A stretch of 64,000 nt of DNA from Chiloscyllium plagiosum. Lineage: Eukaryota. Numbering within the stretch: position 1 is the stretch's first letter; every line of letters begins with the position of its first letter. The notes under the pieces are model-generated. The model was not told the DNA's origin. It saw only the letters and a list, made by a program, of their open reading frames with translations, and ran no database searches. Shown here piece by piece: positions 51,950-63,826 of this stretch. Where the stretch lies: NCBI RefSeq assembly GCF_004010195.1, contig NC_057751.1, forward strand, positions 13,151,659 to 13,215,658, in the 5' to 3' direction. The position numbers and the translations under genes were made by a program.

Positions 51950-53060
51950 GATTTGGAAGCGATCATGCTCCAATGAATCGGCTGACCTGGTCAGGGGTTG
52001 GCAAACTGCTGAAGTGCAAATGGATGGTGCGTAAGCACTGTGATTGAGCGCTGGTGTGGCAGGGAGTATTTTTGTGGACAGCTTCCACTTCAGCCCACAA
52101 TTTAAGCTCAGCGGGGCATATGCCATCACAGTCCCGAGCTGTGACTTAAACAGGGGCCTAAACGGCTTTGCATTGAATTTGACCGAGGGAGTTAAGCCTC
52201 TTTTTTTTTGGCGGCATTTACAAGCTACGAGCGGTGCATATTGCATTACGGAACAAAGTTGAAATGCATTCGAGGGGGAGAGAGTGCGTTGGCGGGGAGG
52301 GCTGAGCTGGGCGCGGAGGGCTGAGCTGGGCGCGGGCAACTGCAACTGCGCGAGCCTCTGCTCTTTGCAAAGGGGGCATGGGTGGGCGTCGGGGTGGTCG
52401 CGTGCGTGGGCGGTTGGCTTTTCAAAACGCTCGCGTGCCACTTCTCGGATCCGGCCGTCCAACGGTCAAAACGGTGAGACCTTTTGGGGCGCAACAAACC
52501 CAAATCCACCTCCCGCCCTTCCCGTCGAGGGAAAAAAAAATTAAGGTAGGGCAATTTAGGTATTCTGTTTTGTTTACTTTGGAAGAACGCGGCGAAATAG
52601 TTGTTTGACGTACGACCGTGGCTAAGCTGTTCGCAAGCACGTGCGACTCTCTTTTTGCTTCGGCCCTTGAAATGATGGATGACCAGTTACTGGTGGCCAC
52701 GCCTGGCATAGGTTTCAGCATGTCGAATTTTGAACTGAAATACTTAATAGCACAGACCACACTTCAGCAACCCGCCTCCATTAGCGGGTTTCGACAAATG
52801 TTGAACGTAATTTCATTGCTGGTTGGCGCTTTTGGAGTGAGGAAGGCGGCAGGTAAGTGGCTGTCACTCACCTCCGGACAAACTGTGCTCAAGTTATTCG
52901 GTGTCTCCTCTCTTCAGTTTCGGCGCTGTGGGCATGATTGGACATTTTAAGATCGCGGCGTTCTCCTAAATGTCCTGACCAGCATTTCTCCGTTAAATAA
53001 AACCAAAATCCGAATCCGATAAATTGTTCGTTCTTGTGTCGGTTGTTGGGACGGTCTTGT
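51950..53060. promoter_or_regulatory. CpG island, probable promoter of an unidentified gene
   Basis: High CpG, GC boxes, 19-bp tandem duplication 52296-52333, strong + donor CAG|GTAAGT at ~52852. Confidence 0.55.
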
Positions 53061-53605
53061 GTACAGAATGACTCATTCGCCCATGCAGCAGGAGGAGCTG
53101 CCAGTCAAGTGTAATTTTCCCAATTTAATTCCACTTTTTCCACGTTTGTGTAATGCGTGAACTTTTTATTTGTTCTTAACCACTCATCCCTCCACCACCC
53201 CATGCATTCCTTTTGAATCGCCACTTCTGAGTCAGAAATAAGTGCAGGACAGTCCGGGTGCAGGTTCCGGAGGTGCAATCAGTGTGAGAAACATTTCATA
53301 CCAACCAAATGATTTGGGATAGAAGAAGAAGAAGAAGAATTCCAGGCGTGACCTGCAAAGGAGAGTTGCTGAAGCTGGAATAGAAGAGGCAAATCCACTG
53401 TGACTCCCTCTTGAAGGACAGTTGAACTGTGGGAGGAAGAAAGTGCAGGAAATGCAACAAAATTGTCTTACGCACTTCACTTATTTTGAGAATAGGCAAT
53501 ATACCAATAACGACTTGCAGCTCCTTCATGCGGTGTCATGCTTCATGATGAAATCGTTTTTATGATACACCTTACACTCTTGCCATTCTAGCCAAATATG
53601 GTAAT

Positions 53606-53752
53606 GCAAAGGAACCTCAATTACCTGGTATTCAATTATCCTAATGTCAGATTATCCGGCAAGATTGCAAGGTCCCGTACATCTCTATGACTCATCCGGA
53701 ACTCGATTAACTGAACGAAATAGTGCCCGTCGTTGTCCTTCGAATAATCGAA
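53606..53752. mobile_element. Short pogo/Tigger-like MITE remnant related to 21809-22573
   Basis: TCGATTAACTGAACGAAATAGTGCCC is a near reverse complement of 21843-21868. Confidence 0.6.
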
Positions 53753-53779
53753 GTAAAACAGAAAAAAAGCAATTCTCAT

Positions 53780-54100
53780 TGGTTCTCAGCATGGGGTGGT
53801 ACTAGCTAAACCTGTATTTATTGCCCATTCCTAATTGCAAGGGTTGACATGTGCTGCCTTTTCCCACTGTAGTGGATGTTTGGCAGTTCTCTAATTTTGA
53901 CAGTGCAGGAATCGCTATAATGTTCAAGTCAGGATGTTGTGTGACTTGACGGGAAACCTGCAGGTCATGGTGGTTGTGCTGTTTTTTTTGTTAGCGTTGT
54001 CCTTCGAAGTGGTCGAGGTTGGTTGCTGGATTGGAAGGTTTGTCAAAGGAGCCTGGGTGTGATGTTACAGTGCATCTTAACAGATTGTATTGTGGAGATT
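53780..54100 (-). mobile_element. Degenerate LINE 3' fragment (L2/CR1-like)
   Basis: ATTTATTGCCCATTCCTAATTGC (reverse of the SINE-shared tail); similar to 21000-21074 and 22576-22730. Confidence 0.45.
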
Positions 54101-54147
54101 TGAAATTACTATTATTCTTTGGAAAGTTGGTTTCAAAAGTAGTGGGC

Positions 54148-54930
54148 TGAAAAATGTGTTGCTGGAAAAGTGCAGTAGGTCAGGTAGCATCCAAGGAGCA
54201 GGAGAATCGACGTTTCGGGCATAAGCCCTTCTTCAGGAATGAGGAGGGTGTGCCAAGCAGGCTAAGATAAAAGGTAGGGAGGAGGGAGGGGCATTGGGAA
54301 TGTGATAGGTGGAAGGAGGTTAAGGTGAGGGTGATAGGCCGGAGAGGGGGTGGGGGCGGAGGGATCGGGAAGAAGATTGCAGGTCAAGAAGGCGGTGCTG
54401 ACTCCGAGGGTTGGGACAGAGATAAGGTGGGGGGAGGGGAAATGAGGAAGCTGGAGAAATCTGCATTCATCCGTTGTGGTTGGAGGGTGCAGCGGATGCA
54501 GTAAATGATGTGTGTGGAGGTGCAGGTGATTTTGTGACGGATATGGAAGGATCCCTTGGGGAGGGGGGACATGTGGGTGCAGGTTTTGCATTTCTTGTGG
54601 TTGCAGGGGAAGGTGCCGAGAGTGGAAGTTGGGTTGGTGGGGGGTGCGGACCTGACGAGGGAGTTGCGGAGGGAGTGGTCTTTCCGGAACGCTGATAGGG
54701 GAGGGGAAGGAAATATATCCTTGGTGGTGGGGTCTGTTTGGAGGTGGCGGAAATGACGAAGGATGATACGATGTATGTGGAAGTTGATGGGGTGGTAGGT
54801 GAGGACCAGTGGGTTTCTGTCCTGGTGGCGATTGGAGGGACGGGGTTCAAGGGCGGAGGAGCGGGAAGTGGAGGAGATGCGGTAGAGAGCATCGTCAACT
54901 ACGTCTGAGGGGAAATTGCGGTCTTTGAAG
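54148..54930 (-). mobile_element. Neptune-type PLE 3' fragment with intact hammerhead motif (54209-54236)
   Basis: Minus translation ...PLVLTYHP...AFRKDHSLRNSLVRS...GTFPCNHKKCKTC...CTSTHIIYCIRC (Cys-rich linker then GIY-YIG start); 11-bp TSD AAGTAGTGGGC at 54137-54147 and 54931-54941. Confidence 0.88.
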
Positions 54931-55194
54931 AAGTAGTGGGCCTTGGTTTGTGATACTTTTGTTCTGTGAAGGTGGCTTTTCTTCCAAATGATTCAATCCA
55001 CTTTCTTTGCAGTTGGTTAAAACAGCACTTCCAAAAATAAAACAGACTTTTTTTTTCATCCAGAATTGCTCTTACACACAGCTGTACATTTTTTTCCATC
55101 ACAGTCCTCTTTTTTTCATCTACCAGCCACCATCAACAAGTCACCAGTGTTATCCCATTGATTAATTTACATATGCAGTTGGTTCAAGGCAATG

Positions 55195-55680
55195 CAGTTA
55201 AAAATCACACCACACCAGGTTTTTGTCCAACAGGTTTATTTGGAAGTACAAGCTTTTGGTGCGCTGCTCCTTCGAGCTAGTGGAGCAGGCTAACCGGACA
55301 CAGACTTTTTTGTAAAAGATCAAAATGTGATATAACTGATGCGATGTATTGCACAAACCTAGATTGCTGTTAAGTCTTTAATCATTTAGAATGGGTTGCA
55401 TGTTTTGATTCATTAATATGTAAATCCAAGAGATTTAAGTCACATTCCTGAGATAATTTAAGGTTTTACTAAAAAAAGTGTCATCTCAGCTCAGACAATG
55501 CATTACAGGTGGGAGGTTAAAGTCTGTCTGTATTCCAATCTTGAGTCAGATTGGGTCTATTTCCAAATGAGGAATTTATAAAATATCACATGGATTGACT
55601 ACCTACAGATTGTGTGCTATTTAAACAAAATAGAGTGTATTTGCTCCAGTCACATTACCATTCTGCCAACACCTCTCCAG
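55195..55680 (-). mobile_element. Probable third PLE-derived repeat (3' terminal part)
   Basis: Minus: GAAGGAGCAGCGCACCAAAAGCTTG...AAATAAACCTGTTGGAC; resembles a common shark repeat as recalled; extent approximate. Confidence 0.4.
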
Positions 55681-56399
55681 TTTGATTGCACAAAAAGTGA
55701 GTGACAGGAAACTTGAGGAAGACTTGGTTTTGATATGACAAAGAATATTTTGCTTAGTGTTTACATTCAGTGATGGATGAGTTGAAATGTGTTTTGTGTC
55801 ATTGGAATAAATTGGCACAAAACTGCAGGAAAGTTTGCTGTGTGACATGCAAAATAAATGCAAGATGGTGTGGAGCAGCAACAGACCTCCTGAGGGCTGA
55901 CCCACTGAATGATGGCACTGCCTCCTGCTTGAACAACGAAGTCAGACAAAAACTAATCACTGTTTCATCAGCTTGCAGAGAAAACAGAAATAGGAGAGAG
56001 ATTAAGATCAGGGATTTTGAGAAATGAAAGAAAGTCCAATTGCTTCTCAACTGCTGAAAAGTATCGTGTTAAGTTGCCTCCATTTCATGAGCTGTGGCCT
56101 AGACAACATGCCTGTGAATTCATTCACTAAATTCATCATGCATTCTGCTCCAAATCAACTCACTTCTTCCTGAACAACACCATAACAATACAAGGTAGTG
56201 TACATTTACGGAGATCTCATCAACATCAAGAAATCTCTGCGGACAGCAGGAGTATGTGTGATGTGTGTCCCTTGGTTCACACTACAGACCCTGATTTTGA
56301 GTAATCTTGGACAACCCTTGTCACTGTGGCAAGGTCTTGCTCCACTAAGCCAATGTGGTAGCTGGTGTGCATGGTCATTTAAAAATAAATTGCACATGG

Positions 56400-59300
56400 G
56401 CTTCTTCCACCCCTCAAAATCAAATTCAGAGCCTGGAGCATTAGAACCCTCTTGGATAAACTCAACAGCAACAGACCTAAACAGCCATACTGTTACTGTT
56501 GCCCAGGAGCTCAGATCTTTTGAATTTGACTTTGGCATTGCCACCCTAATGAGATCTGATAGTTAGGGGAAGGAACAAGGTGTGGTTACACCTTTTAGAA
56601 AGGTTAATTAGAAGAACACTGCCACCTGTCGTGGTTGTGGGTATGTTTGCTGAGCTGGGATGTTGATTTGCAGAGTTTCATCCCCTGTCTCGGTGACATC
56701 TTCAGTGCTTTGGAGCCTCCTGTGAAGCACTGTTCAACCGTGTCATCTGGAATTTACTTAATTCCATTTCCCGCTGCTTCCGATTGCCAGTTCTGCTTTT
56801 TCATTGTTGTGGCCAGTATATTGGGTCTCGGTCAATGTGCTTGTTGATGGCTAAGTGTCATTCTTCTAAAACTTCTCTGGCTGTCCTATGTTAAGCTTGT
56901 CATGGGATCGTTGTGTTGTCCCAGTTGAATTTGTGGTCCTTGACATCTGTGTGTGTGGCTACTAGGGACAGCTGGTCCCTAGAGAAGCTGCATTAGGACC
57001 CTGTTCAAAAGGTTACAACACTGTAACACTCCTGACCTACGAAGGAAAGAAGAATACCCCGACAGCGTATTCGCCAAGAACAGATATCCCCACAACTTCA
57101 TCCACACATGCCTAACAGACAAACAACATGATGACGACATGTCCTGACCTAACACACTAGCCACACTACCTTACATTAAAAAAGGTCTCTGAATTGACAG
57201 CTGGACTTCTCCAATCACTCAAAATCATGATAACCCATAAACCGACAACCACGTTCAGACAACGACTCAACAGGCCAAAAGACCCTATACCCATCATGTG
57301 CAAGACTAAAGTAATTTACAAGATTCCACGCAAAGACTGCATGAAACACTATGTAGGACGAACGAGCAGACAACTAGCAATCCGCATCCATGAACACCAA
57401 CTAGCCACAAAATGCCGAGACCAGCTGTCCCTGTTAGCCATACACGTAGAGAACAAGGATCACAGGTTCGACTGGGACAACACAGCAATCATAGGACAAG
57501 CTAAATGTAGGAAAGCCAGGGAATTTCTAGAAGCATGGCACTCAGCCACAGACTTCATCAATAAGCATATTGACCTAGACTCAATATACCGGACACAACA
57601 ATGGATAACCGGAAGCAGCAGAAATGGAACCAAATAAATTCCAGATGACACAGTACAGCAGTGCTTCACAGGAGGTTCCAAAGCAGTGAAGATGTCACCA
57701 AGACGGGGGACAAAACGTCTGCAAATCAACTTCCAGCTCTGCGAGCATACCCACAACCATTACAACATGCATCTGAGCTACAAATCTTTACACAAACTTT
57801 GAACACTGCGGCCAATTGGTGGGTTTTGCCATTAAAAACCACCTGGCTATCTTAAAGTTAGATCCCTCGGGGGACAAACAAACCCATGATGACCCTTCAG
57901 CTCATCCTTGCCAAGGACCACTGTTACAGTCCTCAGCACCTAAATGCCAACTCTGGTTGCAACAAATGCATTCAAAGAAAATGTTTGCACCAACTTTGAA
58001 TTGTTTCTGGTCAGAGTTTGAATGGGTGACAAACTGATCAGCATGGTGACATCAGTTCATAGTTGGGAAAGATACAGGCTTTGCGGAAATATAATTGGCA
58101 GAAAGGAGGTAGGGAAATCCACCAGCAGTAATATTGTGCTCTTAACAAAATATCCAGAACATAGTTTTACTATAACCAGCGAGTTGTTCCATCTGAGACA
58201 TAAACCTCATGGTAACACTTGCTTCAAGCAGCTGCTCGAAAACCAACACCTGTATGTAACACATGTGCTATAAGGGGAGTTGATGACCGTTGTCCAATTC
58301 GCTGTGTCCTCAACATCAGTATTGCTGCAAAGTTGCAACAATGATGCAGGAAAATTTACACTGAGACACACAAAGACCCTGATTATAGGTGCTTATCAAG
58401 GAGAAGTAGTCACTGTCTACATGCAGGAAAGAACAATTTTAAGATTTCTCTCTCTACTAGAGGCTCTGTCTTCAATTGGAGTGTGCTTAAATCGATCTTG
58501 CACTCTATTAACTGCCGCCATTTAAGCAGATCTCCAACCGAGCAAGATGTCTGAAAAGGTCATTCAACAGCTAAGGCTCAAGAACTAATAGAATCCAGGC
58601 CGAAGTACAAAAAATATGGTGTAATACCATGGGTAAACTACATGGTATAATTTCCGTTATTTGGAAGGAGGAGAGCATGCCAAGAAATACCATCTGTAAT
58701 TGTGATCATCAACAAGAATAATAAGTTCCCGACTCTGTAACTGCAGAGAAATTTCCTTGCTCTCAACTACAGATTGGCTAAAGAATCTTCAATTGTCTTC
58801 TCCCTGCGGCTGAAAGGCATCTTCCAGATTCCCAAGGTGCATTCTGTACTCAGAGGCACAATAGACACAACCTTTACCGTGCTGCAACTGCAAAAGCAAT
58901 GCAGGAAACAGCACCAATGCTTATTTATAGCTTTCTTTGACCTCATTAAGACCTTTGATAATCATGAGTGATTATAGAGCTTCCTCCTCTGCTTCAGCTG
59001 CCCCCAGAGACCATCCTCCGCCTGCATAGTGTTATGCAAGCTGTGATCCGAAGCAACAGATCCGCTACACCCTCAATTCACCAGGGTCAAGCAAATCTGT
59101 GTCATAACACTGATACATTTCTCAATCGTCCTTGTTCCAATGCTCCACCCTCATCCTCTTTAACTCCACAGTAGTGGAGAGCTTGATCAACAGAACAAAC
59201 AGGAACTGTTCAATCTTTCTCATCTTAATGCCAGATCCAGGGTTGTCTCATCCTCTGTCACTGAAGTACAGAACGCAGATGATGCTTGCACCTGCATGCA

Positions 59301-60060
59301 ATTGCAGACAGAAGCCTAAGCCATCAACACCTTCACTAACATGTACAAGACCATAGATCCCACCCGAAGCATTTCTAATTCAAAAGTCCTCTGCTAACCT
59401 TGCCACACCAAATCTTTATTTCTTGTCCCCTTTAGTTTATAAAATCCACAAAGAGGTCTTGGACAATGTGGACCATTTCCATACCTTCGGAGTCTCCCAT
59501 AAGTTCAACATTGCTTTTAGTATGCCAGCACAACCTCAGTCAACTCAGGAAAAAATTGTTTCAAGATCAGGAGCTCAAACCTGGCACCAGGCTGAAGGTC
59601 TGTAGAATAACAGTGATAACACCTTTCTATATGATTCAGAGATGCGGACTATGTTCAGCAGGCACCTCAATCAATGGAGAAGCATCACTGGGCATTGCTT
59701 CCACAAGATCCTACAAAATCATTGGAAGGACAGGTGCCCCAACATCAGTGTCTGTGCTCAAGCTAACGTCACGAGCGTTCAAGTGTTCACCAGCTCCTCT
59801 GGGTGGGCCATATTGACCAATATCTGACACGACTCTCCTGAAACAAACACTTTGCTGGGATTTTAATATAGTAAGTGAACCATGGAAGGCAGATGAAATG
59901 CTTCAAAGGCAATCTTGAGATCTCCTTGAAAAAGTGCAAATTCCTATCAACACCAGGGAAGCTCTGGCTCAAGACCACTAAAGTGGAAGGAAAGCATCTG
60001 GAAAAATTGTGTACAGCCCATGTCTCATCACAGACGAAATGCTGAAATCAAGCACTCAAC
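56400..60060 (+). mobile_element. Old degenerate RTE-clade LINE, interrupted by a PLE
   Basis: APE remnants GYTF (56584) and GFAIKN (57821) split by the PLE; RT remnant RGTIDTTF..QLQKQCRKQHQCLFIAFFDLIKTFD; ADD at ~59275. Confidence 0.7.
56623..57800. mobile_element. Penelope-like element (Poseidon/Penelope type), inverted arrangement
   Basis: + arm ~56981-57800 with KVIYKIP..YVGRT..RIHEH..REFLEAW; - arm ~56627-56980; TSD GAACACTGC at 56614-56622 and 57801-57809; hammerhead remnants 56670-56708 (-) and 57683-57722 (+). Confidence 0.88.
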
Positions 60061-60300
60061 AACATGGAGTGATTAGAAAAGAGCAGTTCGAGGAGTTGTT
60101 GGAATGGAGGGACAGCGAGTAATGAGATGACAGGTGAATACGATTTGTTGCAAGTTGGAGAATGGGCAGCAGTGTTTTGTCTGAATTTTAGTTTATTGAA
60201 AGTGCAACACAGAAGACAGGCCAACAGAGTATAAAAAAGTTGAAGTGATAAAAACATGTGATGAGTGTTGAGGCAGAAGATGAGTTGAAGCAGCATGGAG

Positions 60301-60712
60301 ATAGAACATAGAACATAGAAGAATACAGCGCAGTACAGGCCCTTTGGCCCTCGATGTTGTGCCGATCCAAGCCCACCTAACCTATACTAACCGACTATCC
60401 TCCATATACCTATCCAATGCCCGCTTAAATGCCCATAAAGAGGGAGAGTCCACCACTGCTACTGGCAGGGCATTCCATGAACTTACGACTCGCTGAGTGA
60501 AGAACCTACCCCTAACATCTGTCCTATATCTACCCCCCCTTAATTTAAATCTATGCCCCCTTGTAATACCCGACTCCATACGTGGAAAAAGGTTCACACT
60601 GTCATCCCTATCTAACCCCCTAATCATCTTGTACACCTCAATCAAGTCACCCCTAAACCTTCTTTTCTCTAATGAAAACAGCCCCAAGTGTCTCAGTCTT
60701 TCCTCATACGAT
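60301..60712 (-). mobile_element. Young CR1 3' end
   Basis: Open ORF2 C-terminus (SYEERLRHLGLFSLEKRR...WNALP); (TTCTATG)n tail. Confidence 0.92.
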
Positions 60713-61380
60713 CTGACTGACATTGTACGAGAAAAAGGCTGTCTTGAAGGTGGAGAAGGTATGGCTTAGCGTCAATTGCAACTTCAAGATTATGAACATT
60801 CTGATTTTATCTGGCACTAACTAGGAAGGGGGCAGGACACCTGAAGCGAATAGGTGGAATCTGAAGCAAACCAGCATGAATGAAATGTGAAAATGTGTAT
60901 CGATTTGAGAACTCATTTGCATTTGAATTGGGCCTTTTCTTAGCTCCTTAGCTCAGCCATATTAACATCCTGTTTTCACCTTTCCTGACCAGAAGAAATG
61001 GGGAAATGATGTGACAAATCTGTTAAAGTAACCATTTAATTGGTTCCTGTCAGGGATTGGAAGACTGAATAGTAAATTGATTCCTGTTGCTTCATCAATT
61101 GTAGAAATGGAACAGAAACTTGGAAACTTTGTTTTTGTACTCTTACTTCCATATCCTGCTGTGGTGTCTGAGTGAATTAACTGAAATGAAATTTTCCAAG
61201 GATGGGATAAAGGCCAACCTCTCCAATCAAGCCAGCATGGATAGAAATGGTTGAGGAAATGAACAGCAGATGTATGGTCCCTTGAATCTAGAGAAGAGTG
61301 CCTAATGAGCTTTAAGGTTATGAGGAAAGCAGAAAAGTTGAATGGCATACCACTTAACAGGTTTCACATCAACAAAGAAT

Positions 61381-61500
61381 TGAGGATGTTGGAGATCTGA
61401 AACAAAATCTGAAAATGATAGAGAAACTAAGCAGATCTGGCAGCACCTGTGGAGAGAAAAACAGTTAATATTTTGAGTCTAATGACTCTTTGACAGACTA
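61381..61500 (-). mobile_element. Degenerate PLE terminal fragment
   Basis: GCAGATCTGGCAGCACCTGTGGAGAGAAAAACAGTTAA matches the 42171 family. Confidence 0.55.
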
Positions 61501-61890
61501 AAAGTACCAATACTGGTATTAATGCTGACGGAGAATAAATGGAGATAGTGAACAGAGAGGGAGAAAAGAGAAGCAAATGAAGAATTGCCGATGATAAGCC
61601 AAAATATTGAATGGGAGTGAACAAGAAGTATGAATAACTTAAAATGGATTGGCTGTGCTGGAAGCAATCCATACAAGCCAGGAGCTGGGCAGGTGTAGGG
61701 GAGAACAAACATGGAAGAAGGTTTTCATGCTTTGAGGTTGTTAAACTCCTAAGTCCTAAGATCTGTTACATATCTAAATAGAAAATTATGTATTTGTTCT
61801 TCCGGCTTCCATTGTGCTGCGCTTGAGTACTGCAGCAGGTCTGAGACAGAAATATTGGCATGGGAACATGGTGGTGTATTGAAGTGACAT

Positions 61891-63290
61891 GAAAACTGCA
61901 GATGCTGAAATCCAAAGTAAACAGGCAGGAGGCTGGAAAAACACAGCAAGCCAGGCAGCATCAGAAGGTAGAGAAGTCGATGTTTCGGGTGTAACCCTTC
62001 TTCAGGACTGAGAGGGATGGGTGGAGGAGAAGTTGTAGATAAAGGGGGTGGCGTGGCAGGGTAGTGAAGTGGGGATAGGTCAAGACAGGTGGAGGTTACA
62101 ATTAGATTAGATTAGATTACTTACAGTGTGGAAACAGGCCCTTCGGCCCAACAAGTCCACACCGACCCGCCGAAGCGTAACCCACCCAGACCCATTCTCC
62201 TACATTTACCCCTTCACCTAACACTACGGGTAATTTAGCATGGCCAATTCACCTAACCTGCACATTTTTGGATTGTGGGAGGAAACCGGAGCACCTGGAG
62301 GAAACCCATGCAGACACGGGGAGAACGTGCAAACTCCACACAGTCAGTCGCCTGAGGTGGGAATTGAACCCGGGTCTCTGGCGCTGTGAGGCAGCAGTGC
62401 TAACCACTGTGCCACCGTGCCACCCACAATCTGATTGGTTAATGGGAGGAATGAATCCAGTTGATAGGAGGAATGAGTGGAAGGGAGGGGGAGGGGCTGG
62501 GAAGCGAGTCAGGATGGGAAGGGAGGTTATTTGAAATTGGAGAACTCAGTATTGAGTTCTCTGGGCTGTAGGCTGCCTAGGCAGAAGATGAAGTATAATT
62601 CCATCAATTTGTGGTTTTGTTTGGAGGCCAAGGATGATCATGTCAGAAAGGGAGTAGGAAGGGGAATTAAACTTGGCGGCAACTGGGAGGTCTGGTTGGC
62701 CCCCACAGGCCCAGCTGAGACGCTCGGTGAAATGTTCCCTTGGGAAATGTTCCCTCTGGAAGAAAAGCACATTGGGTGCGATGGAGGGTATGTGGCAGGC
62801 AAGTGGAAGCTCAGGGTCACTTTTATACGGATGGAGTGGAATTATTCCACAAAGCGGTTACCCAGTCTGTATTTTATGTGTCCAATGTAGAGGTCACCTT
62901 GTGAGCGCAGATTCAGTAGACTAAATTGAACAAAGTGCAGAATAAATTGCTACTTCACCTGGACTTTGAGGAGGAAGGAGCGAAACAGGCAAGCACCTTC
63001 TGCATTTGCATGGGATGGTGCATAAAGGTATGTAGAGGTGTTGAGAGTGGAAAAGGAGTGGACCTGGGTGTAATTCCAGGACAGCATGTGTAATGGAACC
63101 TCCAGCCATAGGTGATAATGGTGAGGGAACGTATTGTGCATGGCCACTGGAGCAATTGTGCTGGGAGCTCCATCAGGAAGTGATGATGGTTTGGAGGATG
63201 CCAGGCAGCCCAACTGGAGAAATCAATCTGACGGAAAGGATGTATTTTGGAGAAAAGAATCTCGAGGGGAGAAGGATCAGACAAAGGGAA
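61891..63290 (-). mobile_element. Diverged Neptune-type PLE with hammerhead motif (61979-62005), interrupted by an HE1 SINE
   Basis: Tail plus terminal repeat at 61891-62010; remnants PVAAKFNSP, IPCKCRRC further in. Confidence 0.7.
62101..62425 (-). mobile_element. Full-length HE1-type V-SINE
   Basis: Minus: A box TGGCACAGTGG, B box GGTTCAATTCC, V-domain TGTGGAGTTTGCACGTTCTCCCCGTGTCTGCATGGGTTTCCTCC, CR1-like tail, (TAATC)n. Confidence 0.92.
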
Positions 63291-63604
63291 TTCTTTAACC
63301 AGATGGAAACCAAAGGGTCTGGCTGTTTTGTGTTAAATTCTCTTCATGTTTGTCATGGCCTAATTCACATAGAATAAAGAATGGCTGCTTTATGATCTTT
63401 GGGTTGCCCATTTGTTCAAATCTCATGTTACATTTAATTGTCCCATGGCAATTGAGGCCAAACATGTAGAAATTTGGCTTTTGAATGCACTTTGAAGTCA
63501 TGCGTATATGAGTGATGGTGATGCCCTCAGATACACGTGTCACTTGATATGTAATGAACTGTACACTTTATCATCATTGGCAATCATTCACCAATGAATA
63601 CGTT

Positions 63605-63826
63605 GAGATTAGAGTGGTGCTGGAAAAGCACAGCAGGTCAGGCAGCATCCGAGGAGCAGGAAAATTGACATTTTGGGCAGGAGCCCTTCATCAGCCCTCC
63701 TGATGAAGGGCTCCTGCCCAAAACGTCGATTTTCCTGCTTCTCGGGTGCTGCCTGACCTCCTGTGCTTTTCCAGCACCACACTAATCTTGACTCCTAATT
63801 TCCAGCATCTGCAGTCCTCACTTTCG
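63605..63826. mobile_element. ORF-less palindromic Neptune-type PLE insertion, CUGAUGA subfamily
   Basis: ~90-bp inverted arms centred ~63697; tail on right arm; degenerate TSD CCAATGAATACGTTG / CCAAATGAGTACAGTTG. Confidence 0.82.

Noticed and set aside
51914..52462. 182-aa minus ORF
   Set aside because: Non-ATG start, GC-rich island, no recognisable homology
62350..62425. tRNA gene
   Set aside because: tRNA-like head of an HE1 SINE, continuous with SINE body and tail
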